This document shows positions 11,960-23,393 of a stretch of 64,000 bases of DNA, piece by piece. Both the position numbers and the translations under genes were made by a program. The notes below the pieces were generated by a model. It saw only the letters and a program-made list of their open reading frames with translations, searched no databases and was not told the origin of the DNA. The stretch is from Escherichia coli (GTDB lineage: Bacteria > Pseudomonadota > Gammaproteobacteria > Enterobacterales > Enterobacteriaceae): assembly GCF_024700885.2 (NCBI RefSeq), contig NZ_CP117016.1; one strand, written 5' to 3'. The stretch's first letter is position 1, and each line of letters starts with the position of its first letter.

Positions 11960-13111
11960 TTACAGCATCTCAATAAAGGCCGCGACGCGGGTGCTGAGCT
12001 GCCCGACATCCGAGGTGGAGTAGTCTGTTTCAATAGCGATATAAGGAATGTTGTGCTGCTGGCGCACATGACGTTTAATCGCCAGCGATTCCACCGCGTA
12101 GGTATGGCACGCCTGCAAAATCACATCAACTACGCCATCGACCTGATATTCTTCCACCATCTGGCTGAGCATTTTCAGGCGCTGATCGTTCGGCGAAACA
12201 CAGGAGCAGCCAATCGCCAGATATTTATCCGCCAGCGCGTCGTAGACATCGCCCGTTTCTGCCACGCATTGCTCGGTCGCTTTCGCCCCGGTGCAGTTTT
12301 CATAACCGACAACCCAGCCGCCATTCTCTTCAATCGCGCGCACCACTTTTTCTGCTGCGCCGCCAATCGGGCAGCCGGTGATTAAAATGCGCGGACGCGG
12401 GTCCAGTCGCTGGCCTTCTTCCCACTGCTGACGAACGCGGGCGGTCATTGCATCCAGGTCATTGATCAACGCCTCTTTATCGAACCGGAAGGTTGCGCCG
12501 TAAACCACTTTCAGAATGTCGCTGCCGCTAAGCGCCGGAGGATTTAACTGCCCAAGATGATAAAAATTAGCCAGTGCGCGACGTTCGCGGTTTTTCAGCG
12601 CAATGGCATCGCGCAGAGCATCTTCGCTAATTTCGTGCCCAAAACGTTCTTCTACCGTTTTTTGCAAGCGCAGCATCTCGGCTTTCCATAACGCGCGTGA
12701 GGCATCGTCCTCGACGCTGTTTGGCAACTGCATCACATGAACGGGCTTAAACTCCGCCATGTATTCATACATTTTCTTTTTGCCGTCGCAGGTGGTTTCA
12801 CCGACCACCAGATCAGAAAAGTAGAAGTAGGGGCATTTATCGGTTTTGCCGAAGCCGTAGCTGCTTTTAATCAGCGGGCAGAGGTTGCGCGGCAGATCTT
12901 TCTCCGCTTCTTCAATGGTTTCATCAGAGGTGGAACAGAGCGAAACCACAACTGCACCGGCTGCCATCGGGATCTCTTGCGGCATAAAGGTGCAGTAGGT
13001 GCCAACCAGCGGAATGCCGCGCTCCTTGAGATCCATGACGGTGAGAAAGCCTTTCTGGCGAGCTTCAGAGAACTGATCAAAAATGGCGGGTAGATCGGTG
13101 ACAAGTGACAT
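11960..13111 (-). CDS. yjiM: Putative 2-hydroxyglutaryl-CoA dehydratase subunit-like protein YjiM
   Basis: ORF 11960-13132; likely start at MSLVTDL (13111); synteny with yjiL. Confidence 0.8.
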   Translation of the reverse strand: MSLVTDLPAIFDQFSEARQKGFLTVMDLKERGIPLVGTYCTFMPQEIPMAAGAVVVSLCSTSDETIEEAEKDLPRNLCPLIKSSYGFGKTDKCPYFYFSDLVVGETTCDGKKKMYEYMAEFKPVHVMQLPNSVEDDASRALWKAEMLRLQKTVEERFGHEISEDALRDAIALKNRERRALANFYHLGQLNPPALSGSDILKVVYGATFRFDKEALINDLDAMTARVRQQWEEGQRLDPRPRILITGCPIGGAAEKVVRAIEENGGWVVGYENCTGAKATEQCVAETGDVYDALADKYLAIGCSCVSPNDQRLKMLSQMVEEYQVDGVVDVILQACHTYAVESLAIKRHVRQQHNIPYIAIETDYSTSDVGQLSTRVAAFIEML

Positions 13112-13226
13112 GATTTTCCTTCCCCGTACCACGGGAGATAATGAAAAGAGGCCACATTATTACCATTCTTTTAGTGTGGTTTATTTGATCTCTCTCGCGG
13201 TTAGCCACTTAGTTTTTCATGGATTT

Positions 13227-14507
13227 CTAAAAATTGCCGAGGGGGAACAAGGCCGGGAGCTGCGACAGCAAATACAAAATTAGCCCAATACAACCGCCAA
13301 CCAGCGTACCGTTGACACGGATAAACTGCAGATCTTTGCCGATATTTAACTCGATTTGCCGCGACATATCCTGCGCATCCCAGCTTTTTACCGTATCGCT
13401 GATATGTCGCGTCAGGAATGCGGAAAACTCAGGCGCGACGCGGTGCGCGGCTTGTTCCAGATGACCATTTAACGACGCCCGCAAGGCATCATCGGCAATT
13501 AACGTTTCGCCAAACCATTGACCCGCCCGCGCGATACGTTCTTTCACACGAGAATCTTCACTGTTGATATCCGCTTTCAGCCATTCCCGTAAATCTCCCC
13601 ACAATTCACTGAGATAGCGGTTAAAAGCTTCATCTTCTTTCAGATAGCTTTTTACGGCATCGGCTCGCGCTGCCATTTCAGGATCGTTTTTCAGCTTGTC
13701 GATCAGGGCAAAGGTGGCGCGATCAAACGCATGGCGGATCTGATGCGCACGATCGCGGCTGATATCATCAAGCAAAGAATTCACCGCGTCAGAAACCAAC
13801 TCCGCGCTATGTTCGCCCAGCCATTCAGTGGGCAAAATTTTGGCTTTCAGTGGATGCTCGCTCTCCAGCCAGCGAACAATTTGCTGGGCGATAAACTTGC
13901 GCGATTTATCGCGCTGGAGAAGGGCGATCAACTGTGCGATCAGCGTATTGAGCAGCACCTGATGACGATCGTTTTTGGTCATACTCTCCAGCATCAACGC
14001 ACTGGTGCCAGAAAGATCAACCTTATCAATCGCCCGGTGGACCGCGCGCTTAAGCAGGCGCTGAATACGCGCATCATCGGTCAGTTCAAGAAAACCACTC
14101 ATGATCTGCAACAGATGCTGACCAACGCGGCGGGCGTTCTCCGGCTGACTAAACCAGTTGCCAATCAACAACGCCGGTTCGTGACGTCGAATCAATGCCA
14201 CCAGCGACTGGGTATCGAGAAATTTTTCCTGCACGAACTGACCGAGATTTTCGCCAATCCGGTCTTTATTACGCGGGATAATCGCCGTATGACGAGAAAT
14301 GATCGGAATCGGCACGCGGCGAAACAGCGCCACCACCGCAAACCAGTCCGCCAGCGCGCCGACCATCGCCGCTTCAGCAATCGCCTTCACGCCGCTCACC
14401 CAAAAATTGGGCGGCAAAAACAGCGTAACGACAAAGGTAGCAGCGGCGATAAGCAATAAAGAGAGCGCCAACATTTTGGCGCGTCTGAGTTCAATGAGTT
14501 TATTCAT
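13227..14507 (-). CDS. yjiN: DUF445 inner-membrane protein YjiN
   Basis: ORF extends to 14639, but the start at [12 protein letters not shown] (14507) gives the expected size; synteny next to mdtM. Confidence 0.75.
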   Translation of the reverse strand: MNKLIELRRAKMLALSLLLIAAATFVVTLFLPPNFWVSGVKAIAEAAMVGALADWFAVVALFRRVPIPIISRHTAIIPRNKDRIGENLGQFVQEKFLDTQSLVALIRRHEPALLIGNWFSQPENARRVGQHLLQIMSGFLELTDDARIQRLLKRAVHRAIDKVDLSGTSALMLESMTKNDRHQVLLNTLIAQLIALLQRDKSRKFIAQQIVRWLESEHPLKAKILPTEWLGEHSAELVSDAVNSLLDDISRDRAHQIRHAFDRATFALIDKLKNDPEMAARADAVKSYLKEDEAFNRYLSELWGDLREWLKADINSEDSRVKERIARAGQWFGETLIADDALRASLNGHLEQAAHRVAPEFSAFLTRHISDTVKSWDAQDMSRQIELNIGKDLQFIRVNGTLVGGCIGLILYLLSQLPALFPLGNF

Positions 14508-14547
14508 AATGTTAAGAATAGAGCCTGACGGCAGGATCGCGCAAAAA

Positions 14548-15780
14548 TCACCGCTCCTCCGCCAGCTCGGCAGCCTGATGTTGGCGCACGCGATTAAGCA
14601 ATCCGGCCAGGGTGAAAACGACGATAACGCCTGCCACAACGGCTAACAGATGAAACGGCAAGCGACCGCCGTTAAACCACAGCCAGCGGCCGATTTCGAC
14701 CGAGACCGACATCACCATCAGGATCACCATATTTAGCGATGCGGAGACGGTCCCTTTCGGTAAGTTATTGGAAAACAGCGTAAAGCGGAATAAGGTCGGG
14801 AAGATCAAACCAATCCCGAAAGCATACAGACTGGTGCCCAGCACCGACCACAGCCAGACGTGCGGTGACAGCAGATTGCCGATAATCAACAGCGCGAGGC
14901 CAACCAGTTGAAGGGGTACGGCACGCCAGATAAAGCGCGGTTCGGTCGGATCTTTAACGAAACGCGCCACGATGGCATTCGCGACAATCACCGCGCCGAA
15001 CACCGGAACCTGTGTCCAGGCGAACTGCGAAGTTGTTAAGCCGCCTGCATCGATAAGGATCACCGGCGAGACAGCCACCCAACTCATCATCGGGATATAG
15101 CTTAAAGAGATGGTTGCTGCGCCAAAGAGGAACAGCCGATTGCAAAAGACATTACGAAAATCGCGCAAGACGCTTTTGGCGCTAAACGGAACCGCGCCGC
15201 GCTTCACCGTCTCTGGCATCGTCAGCAGTAAGCCAACAAATGAGATAAAACCCATAACCGCAATGATGGCAAAAAGGACTTTCCAGTGCATAAAGTGCAT
15301 CAGAGCTGCGCCGGAAAGCGGGCCGATAATCGGCGCAATCAGTACGATGGAGGTGATAATCGCCATCAACTTGATCCCTTTTGTCTGTCCGAACGCCTCC
15401 TGCACCGTGACATAACCAACGGTGGCAATAAAACAGATACTGGTGCCCTGAATTGCACGCGCGATAAGAAATTGTGTCATTGACGTGGTGAACATTGTCG
15501 CGGCGCAGGCAAGGGTAAAAATTAACGCCCCGGTAATCAGCACCGGCCTGCGGCCAATTCTGTCGGAAAGCGGCCCCAGCAGCCACTGTAACGCCATACC
15601 GCCAGCAAGATAGAGACTGACGGCAGCAGGGGCCAGACTGACATCGGCATTAAAATCACGGACCACATTAATGATCCCTGGCTGGATCAGATCCGTCGAC
15701 AGGTACGCGGCAAAATCATACAAAATCAACGCCATCGGGAAAAACAGCGTGGCGGCATGGCGGGCAAAAAAACGTGGCAT
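14548..15780 (-). CDS. mdtM: MFS multidrug efflux transporter MdtM
   Basis: Polytopic MFS protein beginning [14 protein letters not shown]; synteny. Confidence 0.85.
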   Translation of the reverse strand: MPRFFARHAATLFFPMALILYDFAAYLSTDLIQPGIINVVRDFNADVSLAPAAVSLYLAGGMALQWLLGPLSDRIGRRPVLITGALIFTLACAATMFTTSMTQFLIARAIQGTSICFIATVGYVTVQEAFGQTKGIKLMAIITSIVLIAPIIGPLSGAALMHFMHWKVLFAIIAVMGFISFVGLLLTMPETVKRGAVPFSAKSVLRDFRNVFCNRLFLFGAATISLSYIPMMSWVAVSPVILIDAGGLTTSQFAWTQVPVFGAVIVANAIVARFVKDPTEPRFIWRAVPLQLVGLALLIIGNLLSPHVWLWSVLGTSLYAFGIGLIFPTLFRFTLFSNNLPKGTVSASLNMVILMVMSVSVEIGRWLWFNGGRLPFHLLAVVAGVIVVFTLAGLLNRVRQHQAAELAEER

Positions 15781-16246
15781 AACAAACAACTCCTTGTCCG
15801 GAGAACCCCAATGGGGAAAACGAAATTCAATACCGTCGGTAATGACGAAAGGCAGGCGAGAAGGACAAATGTACTGAATTTCATGTAATCAACCACACTG
15901 CCTGTGAACACACAGACAGAAAAATACCTTCTGACTCCAGGTCAGAATGTATAACGATTACAAATAGTCATCAGCACATTACACCTCTTGAATTGATGGG
16001 TTGCATAGAAAATATACACCTTAAGTGTAATTAAAATTTGCGGTTAATCAAAAGAGTGCGGTGGAAAGGGGAATATCTGCCGGGTACAGGAAATGTAAAA
16101 TGCGAGCCTGTTTCCGAAAAAATGTATCGTTTGCAGAAGAATAAAAATAGCCTGGAAAGCACCTCGGGGAATGGGAAATTGCCGGGTGAGAATGGTTTTG
16201 TTAGTCGCTAAAGTCGGGCCATCTTATCAACAGGTGACGGATCGCC

Positions 16247-17203
16247 ATGACAAACTTCACGACCAGTACGCCGCATGACGCATTATTTAAATCCTTTCTC
16301 ACCCACCCTGACACCGCGCGGGATTTTATGGAGATCCACTTACCAATAGATTTACGTGAATTGTGCGATCTCGACAGCTTAAAACTGGAATCCGCCAGCT
16401 TCGTCGATGAAAAATTGCGGGCGCTACACTCCGATATTCTGTGGTCGGTAGAGACCCGTGAAGGTGATGGCTATATCTATGTGGTGATTGAACATCAGAG
16501 CCGTGAGGATATTCATATGGCCTTTCGCCTGATGCGCTATTCCATGGCGGTGATGCAGCGCCATATCGAGCATGATAAACGCCGGCCGCTACCGCTGGTC
16601 ATCCCGATGCTGTTTTATCACGGTAGCCGCAGTCCTTATCCCTGGTCCCTGTGCTGGCTGGACGAATTTGCCGACCCGGCTACCGCACGGAAAGTTTATA
16701 ACGCCGCGTTCCCGCTGGTGGATGTCACTGTCGTGCCAGACGACGAGATTGTGCAGCATCGCAGAGTCGCCCTGTTGGAGTTGATCCAAAAGCATATTCG
16801 CCAGCGCGATCTGATGGGGCTTATCGACCAACTGGTACTATTACTGGTTACAGAGTGTGCTAATGACAGCCAGATAACTGCGCTGTTAAATTACATTTTA
16901 CTGACTGGCGATGAAGCGCGTTTTAAAGAGTTTATCAGCGAACTAACCAGTCGAATGCCACAACAAAGGGAGCGAATAATGACGATTGCAGAGCGAATTC
17001 ATAATGATGGATGGCTGTTGGGAAGGGAGAGGGGGAGGAAAGAAGGGAAAGTAGAAGGGGAACGGAGCCTCCTCCGATTGTTGTTGCAGAATGGGGCAGA
17101 TCCTGAATGGATACAACGATATACCGGACTCTCGGCAGAGCAAATGCAGGCATTAGAGCAGCCCTTGCCTGAAAGCAAGCGCGATCCTTGGATCGAGTAC
17201 TAA
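16247..17203 (+). CDS. rpnD: Recombination-promoting nuclease RpnD (PD-(D/E)XK, YhgA-like), intact 318 aa
   Basis: N-terminal [11 protein letters not shown] motif typical of the Rpn/YhgA family; synteny between mdtM and yjiR. Confidence 0.8.
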   Translation: MTNFTTSTPHDALFKSFLTHPDTARDFMEIHLPIDLRELCDLDSLKLESASFVDEKLRALHSDILWSVETREGDGYIYVVIEHQSREDIHMAFRLMRYSMAVMQRHIEHDKRRPLPLVIPMLFYHGSRSPYPWSLCWLDEFADPATARKVYNAAFPLVDVTVVPDDEIVQHRRVALLELIQKHIRQRDLMGLIDQLVLLLVTECANDSQITALLNYILLTGDEARFKEFISELTSRMPQQRERIMTIAERIHNDGWLLGRERGRKEGKVEGERSLLRLLLQNGADPEWIQRYTGLSAEQMQALEQPLPESKRDPWIEY

Positions 17204-17213
17204 TCAGAGACTG

Positions 17214-17247
17214 ATGACAAACGCAAAGCAGCCTGATGCGCTACGCT
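17214..17247. repeat. REP element
   Basis: gcctgatgcgctacgcttatcaggtctac, a canonical REP-like palindrome downstream of rpnD. Confidence 0.6.
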
Positions 17248-17445
17248 TATCAGGTCTACATAACCCATTTAATATATTGAACTTTAAAAATTTTGTAGAC
17301 CTGGTAAGGCGTTCACATGGCATCCGGCATGAACGAAGCGCATTTTGCCTAAGCCATGCTGGAACGTGGAGATGACCCTGCAAAGATAAAACGAGTCACA
17401 CGCTATTCGTGAGAGGAAATCAGGGGGCTCGCCACTATTTTGAAT

Positions 17446-18858
17446 TCATTCCATTGCCCGATACACGGCTTCGCCAATTTGCTTCAGTGCTTCGCGATAG
17501 GTTTCGCTGAGCGGCAAAGCGCAGTTGATGCGCAGACAATTACGGTATTTGCCGGAAGCTGAGAAAATCGAGCCTGCTGCCACCTGGATTTTCATGCGGC
17601 ACAGCTGCCGCGCGACGCAGACCATATCGACCTGTTCAGGCAATTCTATCCACAGTAAAAATCCGCCTTTCGGGCGCGTAATACAGATTTCGCAGGGAAA
17701 ATATTCCCGTATCCAGCAGGTATAAAGTGCCAGATTGCGCTGATAGATCTGCCGCATCCGCCGGATATGGCGATGATAGTGACCTTCCAGCACAAACGTT
17801 GCCGCCGCCATTTGCGTGGACGGCACATTAAAGCTGCTGATGGCGTATTTCATATGCATCAGTTTATCGTGATAACGCCCCGGTGCGACCCAACCCACGC
17901 GCAGGCCAGGTGCAATGCTTTTACTGAACGAGCTGCACAGCAGCACTCGCCCGTCGATATCCCAGGAATGAATGGTCCGCGGGCGCGGATACTCCGTTGC
18001 CAGTTCGCCGTAGACATCATCTTCAAAAATCACAATATCATGACGCTGAGCGAGAGAGAGAACGGCCCGTTTGCGCGCGTCCGGCATAATAAATCCCAGC
18101 GGATTATTACAGTTTGGCACCAGAATGATGCCTTTAATCGGCCACTGTTCCAGCGCCAGTTCCAGCGCTTCAACGCTGATGCCTGTTTCTGGATCGGTTG
18201 GGATTTCAATCACTTTCACGCCCATGCCACGCAGCATCTGCATCGAACCGTAATAACAGGGGGATTCGACCGCGACAATATCGCCCGGTTTACACACCGC
18301 CATTAACGCCAGCGACATCGAGTTATGGCAGCCGCTGGTAATGATGATGTCATCGGCGGTGACCACCGAGCCGCTGTCGAGCATCAGGCGGGCAATCTGC
18401 TCTCGCAACACTCGCTGACCGGCTAACAAGTCATAACCGAGAACGGTTTGCAGATTATGCTGCACCACCCGGCTTAGCTCCCGCCACAGCGGTTTCAGGC
18501 TGGGCGTTTCGACATCCGGCGTGCTTTTACTTAACGGAACAATGGAACTGTCGCTATGCGCCTCCAGCATATCCAGCACCTGATCCCACTGGGTAATTTC
18601 CACCGGGCGCTGCACCGGACGCGTCATCGGCGGTACTGGCGGCTGGGCTTTACGTTGTGCGACAAAATAACCCGAACGCGGCTGCGGAGTGATGAGCTTC
18701 ATCGTCTCCAGCGTCTGGTACGCCTGCTGCACGGTGCTGATGCTGACGCCGTGCTCCTGACTTAAGCTGCGCACCGACGGCAATTTCTCCCCGTGACGAT
18801 ACAGCCCTTGCTCAATCCGCTCGGCAAGTAGAGTCGCCAGATGTTGATAACGCGTCAT
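17446..18858 (-). CDS. yjiR: MocR/GntR-family PLP-dependent transcriptional regulator YjiR
   Basis: N-terminal HTH (GEKLPSVRSLSQEHGVSISTVQQAY) fused to an aminotransferase-like domain; 470 aa. Confidence 0.85.
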   Translation of the reverse strand: MTRYQHLATLLAERIEQGLYRHGEKLPSVRSLSQEHGVSISTVQQAYQTLETMKLITPQPRSGYFVAQRKAQPPVPPMTRPVQRPVEITQWDQVLDMLEAHSDSSIVPLSKSTPDVETPSLKPLWRELSRVVQHNLQTVLGYDLLAGQRVLREQIARLMLDSGSVVTADDIIITSGCHNSMSLALMAVCKPGDIVAVESPCYYGSMQMLRGMGVKVIEIPTDPETGISVEALELALEQWPIKGIILVPNCNNPLGFIMPDARKRAVLSLAQRHDIVIFEDDVYGELATEYPRPRTIHSWDIDGRVLLCSSFSKSIAPGLRVGWVAPGRYHDKLMHMKYAISSFNVPSTQMAAATFVLEGHYHRHIRRMRQIYQRNLALYTCWIREYFPCEICITRPKGGFLLWIELPEQVDMVCVARQLCRMKIQVAAGSIFSASGKYRNCLRINCALPLSETYREALKQIGEAVYRAME

Positions 18859-19034
18859 GCTGTGTTCCTTATTTGGACCATACAGAGAGAAAAACCGGTA
18901 CAGATGAGGCTAAAAAACCGGATGCAGATGCTGTTTTAACCTGTCTGTATGTTAAATAAAACTAATATTTGCATCTGTATTGTGAACTGCCAGAAGGCGG
19001 ATGATGAAGCCTCTGAAAGATGAGGAGGCAGCAG

Positions 19035-19199
19035 ATGGAATTTCACGAAAACAAAGCTAAAGCACCGTTTATTGGACTTGTGCAACTCTGGCAGGCAGTG
19101 AGGCGTTGGCGGCGGCAAATGCAGGCCCGGCGGGTGTTACAGCAGATGAGTGATGAGCGGTTGAGGGATATTGGGTTACGCAGGGAGGATGTGGAGTGA
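19035..19199 (+). CDS. yjiS: DUF1127 small protein YjiS (54 aa)
   Basis: Hand-translated ORF MEFHENKAKAPFIGLVQLWQAVRRWRRQMQARRVLQQMSDERLRDIGLRREDVE; below the ORF-track size cut-off. Confidence 0.7.
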   Translation: MEFHENKAKAPFIGLVQLWQAVRRWRRQMQARRVLQQMSDERLRDIGLRREDVE

Positions 19200-19555
19200 A
19201 CTATGGGCGGCGTGTTGGCAAATGCTGCCTGTCTGCATTCAAAATTGCTACAAAATCCAACCATAAAAGTCGTTTACAACATATTTTTCTGATTTACATA
19301 CAGATAATGACCTGAGCTGTCTCACTGGGGGTCATCATCTATGCGTCCGGGGGGCTGTCACAAAATGGAAAAGGAATAGAACAAAATCATCAGCGGTGAA
19401 TAAAGCGATTCGTTTTAGATCACATTAATGAAATTTTTGTATCAAAAATTAGTTATCGCGCTCACAGTTCATAATGAAACAATTCTCTGCAAATAGATAA
19501 CCGAAGCTTCGTTGCTAGTATCAATTCGCTAATTATACACCTGCCAGAGGATACA

Positions 19556-22096
19556 ATGAAAAATAGAAATCGTATGATCGTGAACTGTGTTACTGCTTCC
19601 CTGATGTATTATTGGAGCTTACCTGCACTGGCTGAGCAGTCGTCAAGTGAGATAAAGATTGTTCGCGATGAATACGGCATGCCGCATATTTATGCCAATG
19701 ATACATGGCACCTATTTTATGGCTATGGCTATGTAGTAGCACAAGATCGCCTTTTTCAGATGGAAATGGCACGTCGCAGTACTCAAGGGACTGTCGCGGA
19801 AGTGCTTGGCAAAGATTTTGTGAAATTTGATAAAGATATCCGTCGTAACTACTGGCCGGATGCTATCCGGGCGCAAATTGCTGCCCTTTCCCCAGAGGAT
19901 ATGTCCATTCTGCAAGGCTACGCTGATGGAATGAATGCCTGGATTGATAAGGTAAATACCAATCCAGAGACGCTCTTACCAAAACAGTTTAATACATTTG
20001 GCTTTACTCCTAAGCGCTGGGAACCGTTTGATGTCGCGATGATATTTGTGGGCACCATGGCAAACCGCTTCTCTGATAGCACTAGCGAAATTGATAATCT
20101 GGCACTGCTAACGGCTTTAAAAGATAAATATGGTGTATCACAAGGCATGGCGGTATTTAATCAGTTGAAATGGCTGGTAAACCCATCAGCGCCAACCACT
20201 ATTGCCGTACAAGAGAGTAGCTACCCACTTAAATTTAATCAGCAAAACTCGCAAACAGCAGCTCTGTTGCCACGCTACGATTTACCTGCACCAATGCTTG
20301 ACCGACCAGCAAAAGGGGCGGATGGCGCACTGCTGGCGTTAACAGCAGGGAAGAACCGGGAAACTATTGCTGCACAATTTGCACAGGGTGGTGCCAATGG
20401 TCTGGCGGGGTATCCAACGACCAGCAATATGTGGGTGATCGGCAAAAGCAAAGCCCAGGATGCGAAAGCAATCATGGTAAATGGTCCGCAGTTTGGCTGG
20501 TATGCGCCTGCGTATACTTATGGTATTGGTCTGCACGGTGCTGGTTATGATGTCACTGGCAATACACCATTTGCCTATCCTGGGCTGGTTTTTGGTCATA
20601 ATGGTGTGATTTCCTGGGGATCAACGGCAGGTTTCGGCGATGATGTCGATATTTTTGCTGAACGGCTGTCGGCAGAGAAACCAGGCTACTACTTGCATAA
20701 TGGTAAGTGGGTGAAAATGTTAAGCCGTGAGGAAACCATTACGGTGAAAAATGGTCAGGCAGAGACCTTTACTGTCTGGCGTACGGTGCATGGCAACATT
20801 CTCCAAACTGACCAGACGACACAAACGGCTTACGCTAAATCCCGCGCATGGGATGGTAAAGAGGTGGCGTCTTTGCTGGCCTGGACTCATCAGATGAAGG
20901 CCAAAAATTGGCAGGAGTGGACACAGCAGGCAGCGAAACAAGCACTGACCATCAACTGGTACTATGCTGATGTAAACGGCAATATTGGTTATGTTCATAC
21001 TGGTGCTTATCCAGATCGTCAATCAGGCCATGATCCGCGATTACCCGTTCCTGGTACGGGAAAATGGGACTGGAAAGGGCTATTGCCTTTTGAAATGAAC
21101 CCTAAGGTGTATAACCCCCTGTCGGGATATATTGCTAACTGGAACAATTCTCCCCAAAAAGATTATCCCGCTTCGGATCTGTTTGCCTTTTTGTGGGGGG
21201 GGGCAGATCGCGTTACGGAGATCGACCGACTGCTTGAGCAAAAGCCACGCTTAACTGCTGATCAGGCATGGGATGTTATTCGCCAAACCAGTCGTCAGGA
21301 TCTTAACCTGAGGCTTTTTTTACCTACTCTGCAAGCAGCGACATCTGGTTTGACACAGAGCGATCCGCGCCGTCAGTTGGTGGATACATTAACACGTTGG
21401 GATGGCATCAATTTGCTTAATGATGATGGTAAAACATGGCAGCAGCCAGGCTCTGCCATCCTGAACGTTTGGCTGACCAGTATGTTGAAGCGTACCGTAG
21501 TGGCTGCCGTACCTATGCCATTTGATAAGTGGTACAGCGCCAGTGGCTACGAAACAACCCAGGACGGCCCAACTGGTTCGCTGAATATAAGTGTTGGAGC
21601 AAAAATTTTGTATGAGGCGGTGCAGGGAGACAAATCACCAATCCCACAGGCGGTTGATCTGTTTGCTGGGAAACCACAGCAGGAGGTTGTGTTGGCTGCG
21701 CTGGAAGATACCTGGGAGACTCTTTCCAAACGCTATGGCAATAATGTGAGTAACTGGAAAACACCTGCAATGGCCTTAACGTTCCGGGCAAATAATTTCT
21801 TTGGTGTACCGCAGGCCGCAGCGGAAGAAACGCGTCATCAGGCGGAGTATCAAAACCGTGGAACAGAAAACGATATGATTGTTTTCTCACCAACGACAAG
21901 CGATCGTCCGGTGCTTGCCTGGGATGTGGTCGCACCCGGTCAGAGTGGGTTTATTGCTCCCGATGGAACAGTTGATAAGCACTATGAAGATCAGCTGAAA
22001 ATGTACGAAAATTTTGGTCGTAAGTCGCTCTGGTTAACGAAGCAGGATGTGGAGGCGCATAAGGAGTCGCAGGAAGTGTTGCACGTTCAGAGATAA
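19556..22096 (+). CDS. pac: Penicillin G acylase precursor (846 aa)
   Basis: Signal peptide ([26 protein letters not shown]), length and sequence match my memory of E. coli penicillin G amidase. Confidence 0.9.
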   Translation: MKNRNRMIVNCVTASLMYYWSLPALAEQSSSEIKIVRDEYGMPHIYANDTWHLFYGYGYVVAQDRLFQMEMARRSTQGTVAEVLGKDFVKFDKDIRRNYWPDAIRAQIAALSPEDMSILQGYADGMNAWIDKVNTNPETLLPKQFNTFGFTPKRWEPFDVAMIFVGTMANRFSDSTSEIDNLALLTALKDKYGVSQGMAVFNQLKWLVNPSAPTTIAVQESSYPLKFNQQNSQTAALLPRYDLPAPMLDRPAKGADGALLALTAGKNRETIAAQFAQGGANGLAGYPTTSNMWVIGKSKAQDAKAIMVNGPQFGWYAPAYTYGIGLHGAGYDVTGNTPFAYPGLVFGHNGVISWGSTAGFGDDVDIFAERLSAEKPGYYLHNGKWVKMLSREETITVKNGQAETFTVWRTVHGNILQTDQTTQTAYAKSRAWDGKEVASLLAWTHQMKAKNWQEWTQQAAKQALTINWYYADVNGNIGYVHTGAYPDRQSGHDPRLPVPGTGKWDWKGLLPFEMNPKVYNPLSGYIANWNNSPQKDYPASDLFAFLWGGADRVTEIDRLLEQKPRLTADQAWDVIRQTSRQDLNLRLFLPTLQAATSGLTQSDPRRQLVDTLTRWDGINLLNDDGKTWQQPGSAILNVWLTSMLKRTVVAAVPMPFDKWYSASGYETTQDGPTGSLNISVGAKILYEAVQGDKSPIPQAVDLFAGKPQQEVVLAALEDTWETLSKRYGNNVSNWKTPAMALTFRANNFFGVPQAAAEETRHQAEYQNRGTENDMIVFSPTTSDRPVLAWDVVAPGQSGFIAPDGTVDKHYEDQLKMYENFGRKSLWLTKQDVEAHKESQEVLHVQR

Positions 22097-22173
22097 TTAA
22101 GCCCGAAAGCCCTCATATTCTGGAGGAATATGAGGGTGATAAAGTCTCAGGTATTGTGATGTTGGAGGGCTGG

Positions 22174-23130
22174 TTACTTTTTGAGTCCCGCAAACGCTGC
22201 CCGAATCTCTTCCTCCGGCAACTGAATCCCGATAAACACCATTGTGCTATGCGGTTTTTCATCGCCCCACGGGCGGTCCCAGTCGGCGCTGTAGAGGCGC
22301 TGGACGCCCTGGAACAGCAGGCGGTTAGGTTCGCCGTCAATCCACAGCATCCCTTTGTAACGCAGCAGTTTATCCGCCGATTCCAGCAGCAGGTTTTCCA
22401 TCACGCGGGAAACTTCGCTGATATCTACCGGGTAATCCAGTTCCACCACAATCGACGAAATATCGTTTTGTTTATCCGCGATAAAGTGGAAACGCGGTTT
22501 GGTACTGACGACGTTCTCTTCCAGCATAAAACCGTTGGTATTGAACAGCAGGGCCAGGTCGATGTCGCCGTGAGTGACGGTGTAGACCGGCGCGCGGGCG
22601 TTGATGCGTGCCAGGCGTTCACGCAGTTTTTCTGCTTCGCCTGCGACGTCGGTTTTAGTCAGCAGAATACGGTCAGCGTAGCCCACCTGGGACTGGGCGA
22701 TGGTGAACTGGTTCATCTGCTCATCGGCATGTACCGCATCCACCAGCGCAATCACGCCGTCCAGCAGGTAGCGCTGGCATAAAATCTCATGGGAGAAAAA
22801 GGTCTGAATAATCGGGCCGGGATCGGCCATGCCGGTGCATTCAATGACCAGACGGTCGAACTGAATATTGCCCTTGTCGAGATTGTCCAGCAGGTCGAGT
22901 AGTGCGTCTTCCAGCTCGTTGGAGCGCGAACAGCAGATGCAGCCGTTGGTCAGCGTTTTGATCTGCGTGGCGCGATCACCAATCAATTGATCATCAACGG
23001 AGACTTCGCCGAATTCGTTTTCAATCACGGCAATCTTGTAGCCGTGTTGTTCGTTAAGAATATGGCGCAGCAGGGTGGTTTTGCCCGCGCCTAAAAAACC
23101 GGTGAGTAGGGTAACTGCAATCGGGTTCAT
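22174..23130 (-). CDS. yjiA: CobW/P47K-family GTPase YjiA
   Basis: Walker A GFLGAGKTT; ORF runs to 23214, but MNPIAVTLL (23130) gives the expected 318 aa. Confidence 0.85.
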   Translation of the reverse strand: MNPIAVTLLTGFLGAGKTTLLRHILNEQHGYKIAVIENEFGEVSVDDQLIGDRATQIKTLTNGCICCSRSNELEDALLDLLDNLDKGNIQFDRLVIECTGMADPGPIIQTFFSHEILCQRYLLDGVIALVDAVHADEQMNQFTIAQSQVGYADRILLTKTDVAGEAEKLRERLARINARAPVYTVTHGDIDLALLFNTNGFMLEENVVSTKPRFHFIADKQNDISSIVVELDYPVDISEVSRVMENLLLESADKLLRYKGMLWIDGEPNRLLFQGVQRLYSADWDRPWGDEKPHSTMVFIGIQLPEEEIRAAFAGLKK

Positions 23131-23140
23131 GCTCTCTCCA

Positions 23141-23344
23141 TTAACAACAGCGCATACCGCCTTTACCATCGCCGCCGTAGCGCGCGTTCTGGCGTTCGCG
23201 GAAGAATTCTTCATAGCTCATGTACGGCTTGTCGGGATGGTTGGTCTTCATATGCTCGACGTAGTTGTCGTAGTCTGGAATGCCAATCAACATCTTCGCC
23301 GCCTGGCCGAGATATTTTTTTGCCTGTCCTAAGTTACCAAACAT
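23141..23344 (-). CDS. yjiX: DUF466 small protein YjiX (67 aa)
   Basis: 67-aa ORF immediately downstream of btsT. Confidence 0.8.
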
Positions 23345-23364
23345 AGTTCACTCTGATAAGAACA

Positions 23365-23384
23365 AAGCCCCGCCGAAGCGGGGC
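23365..23384 (-). terminator. GC-rich hairpin (agccccgccgaagcggggct) between btsT and yjiX; possible terminator or attenuator
   Basis: Perfect stem read directly; a T-rich tract follows on the minus strand. Confidence 0.45.
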
Positions 23385-23393
23385 TAAACACGG

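Noticed and set aside
22156-22782. 208-aa plus-strand ORF
   Set aside because: Antisense to yjiA; no RBS context or recognisable motifs.
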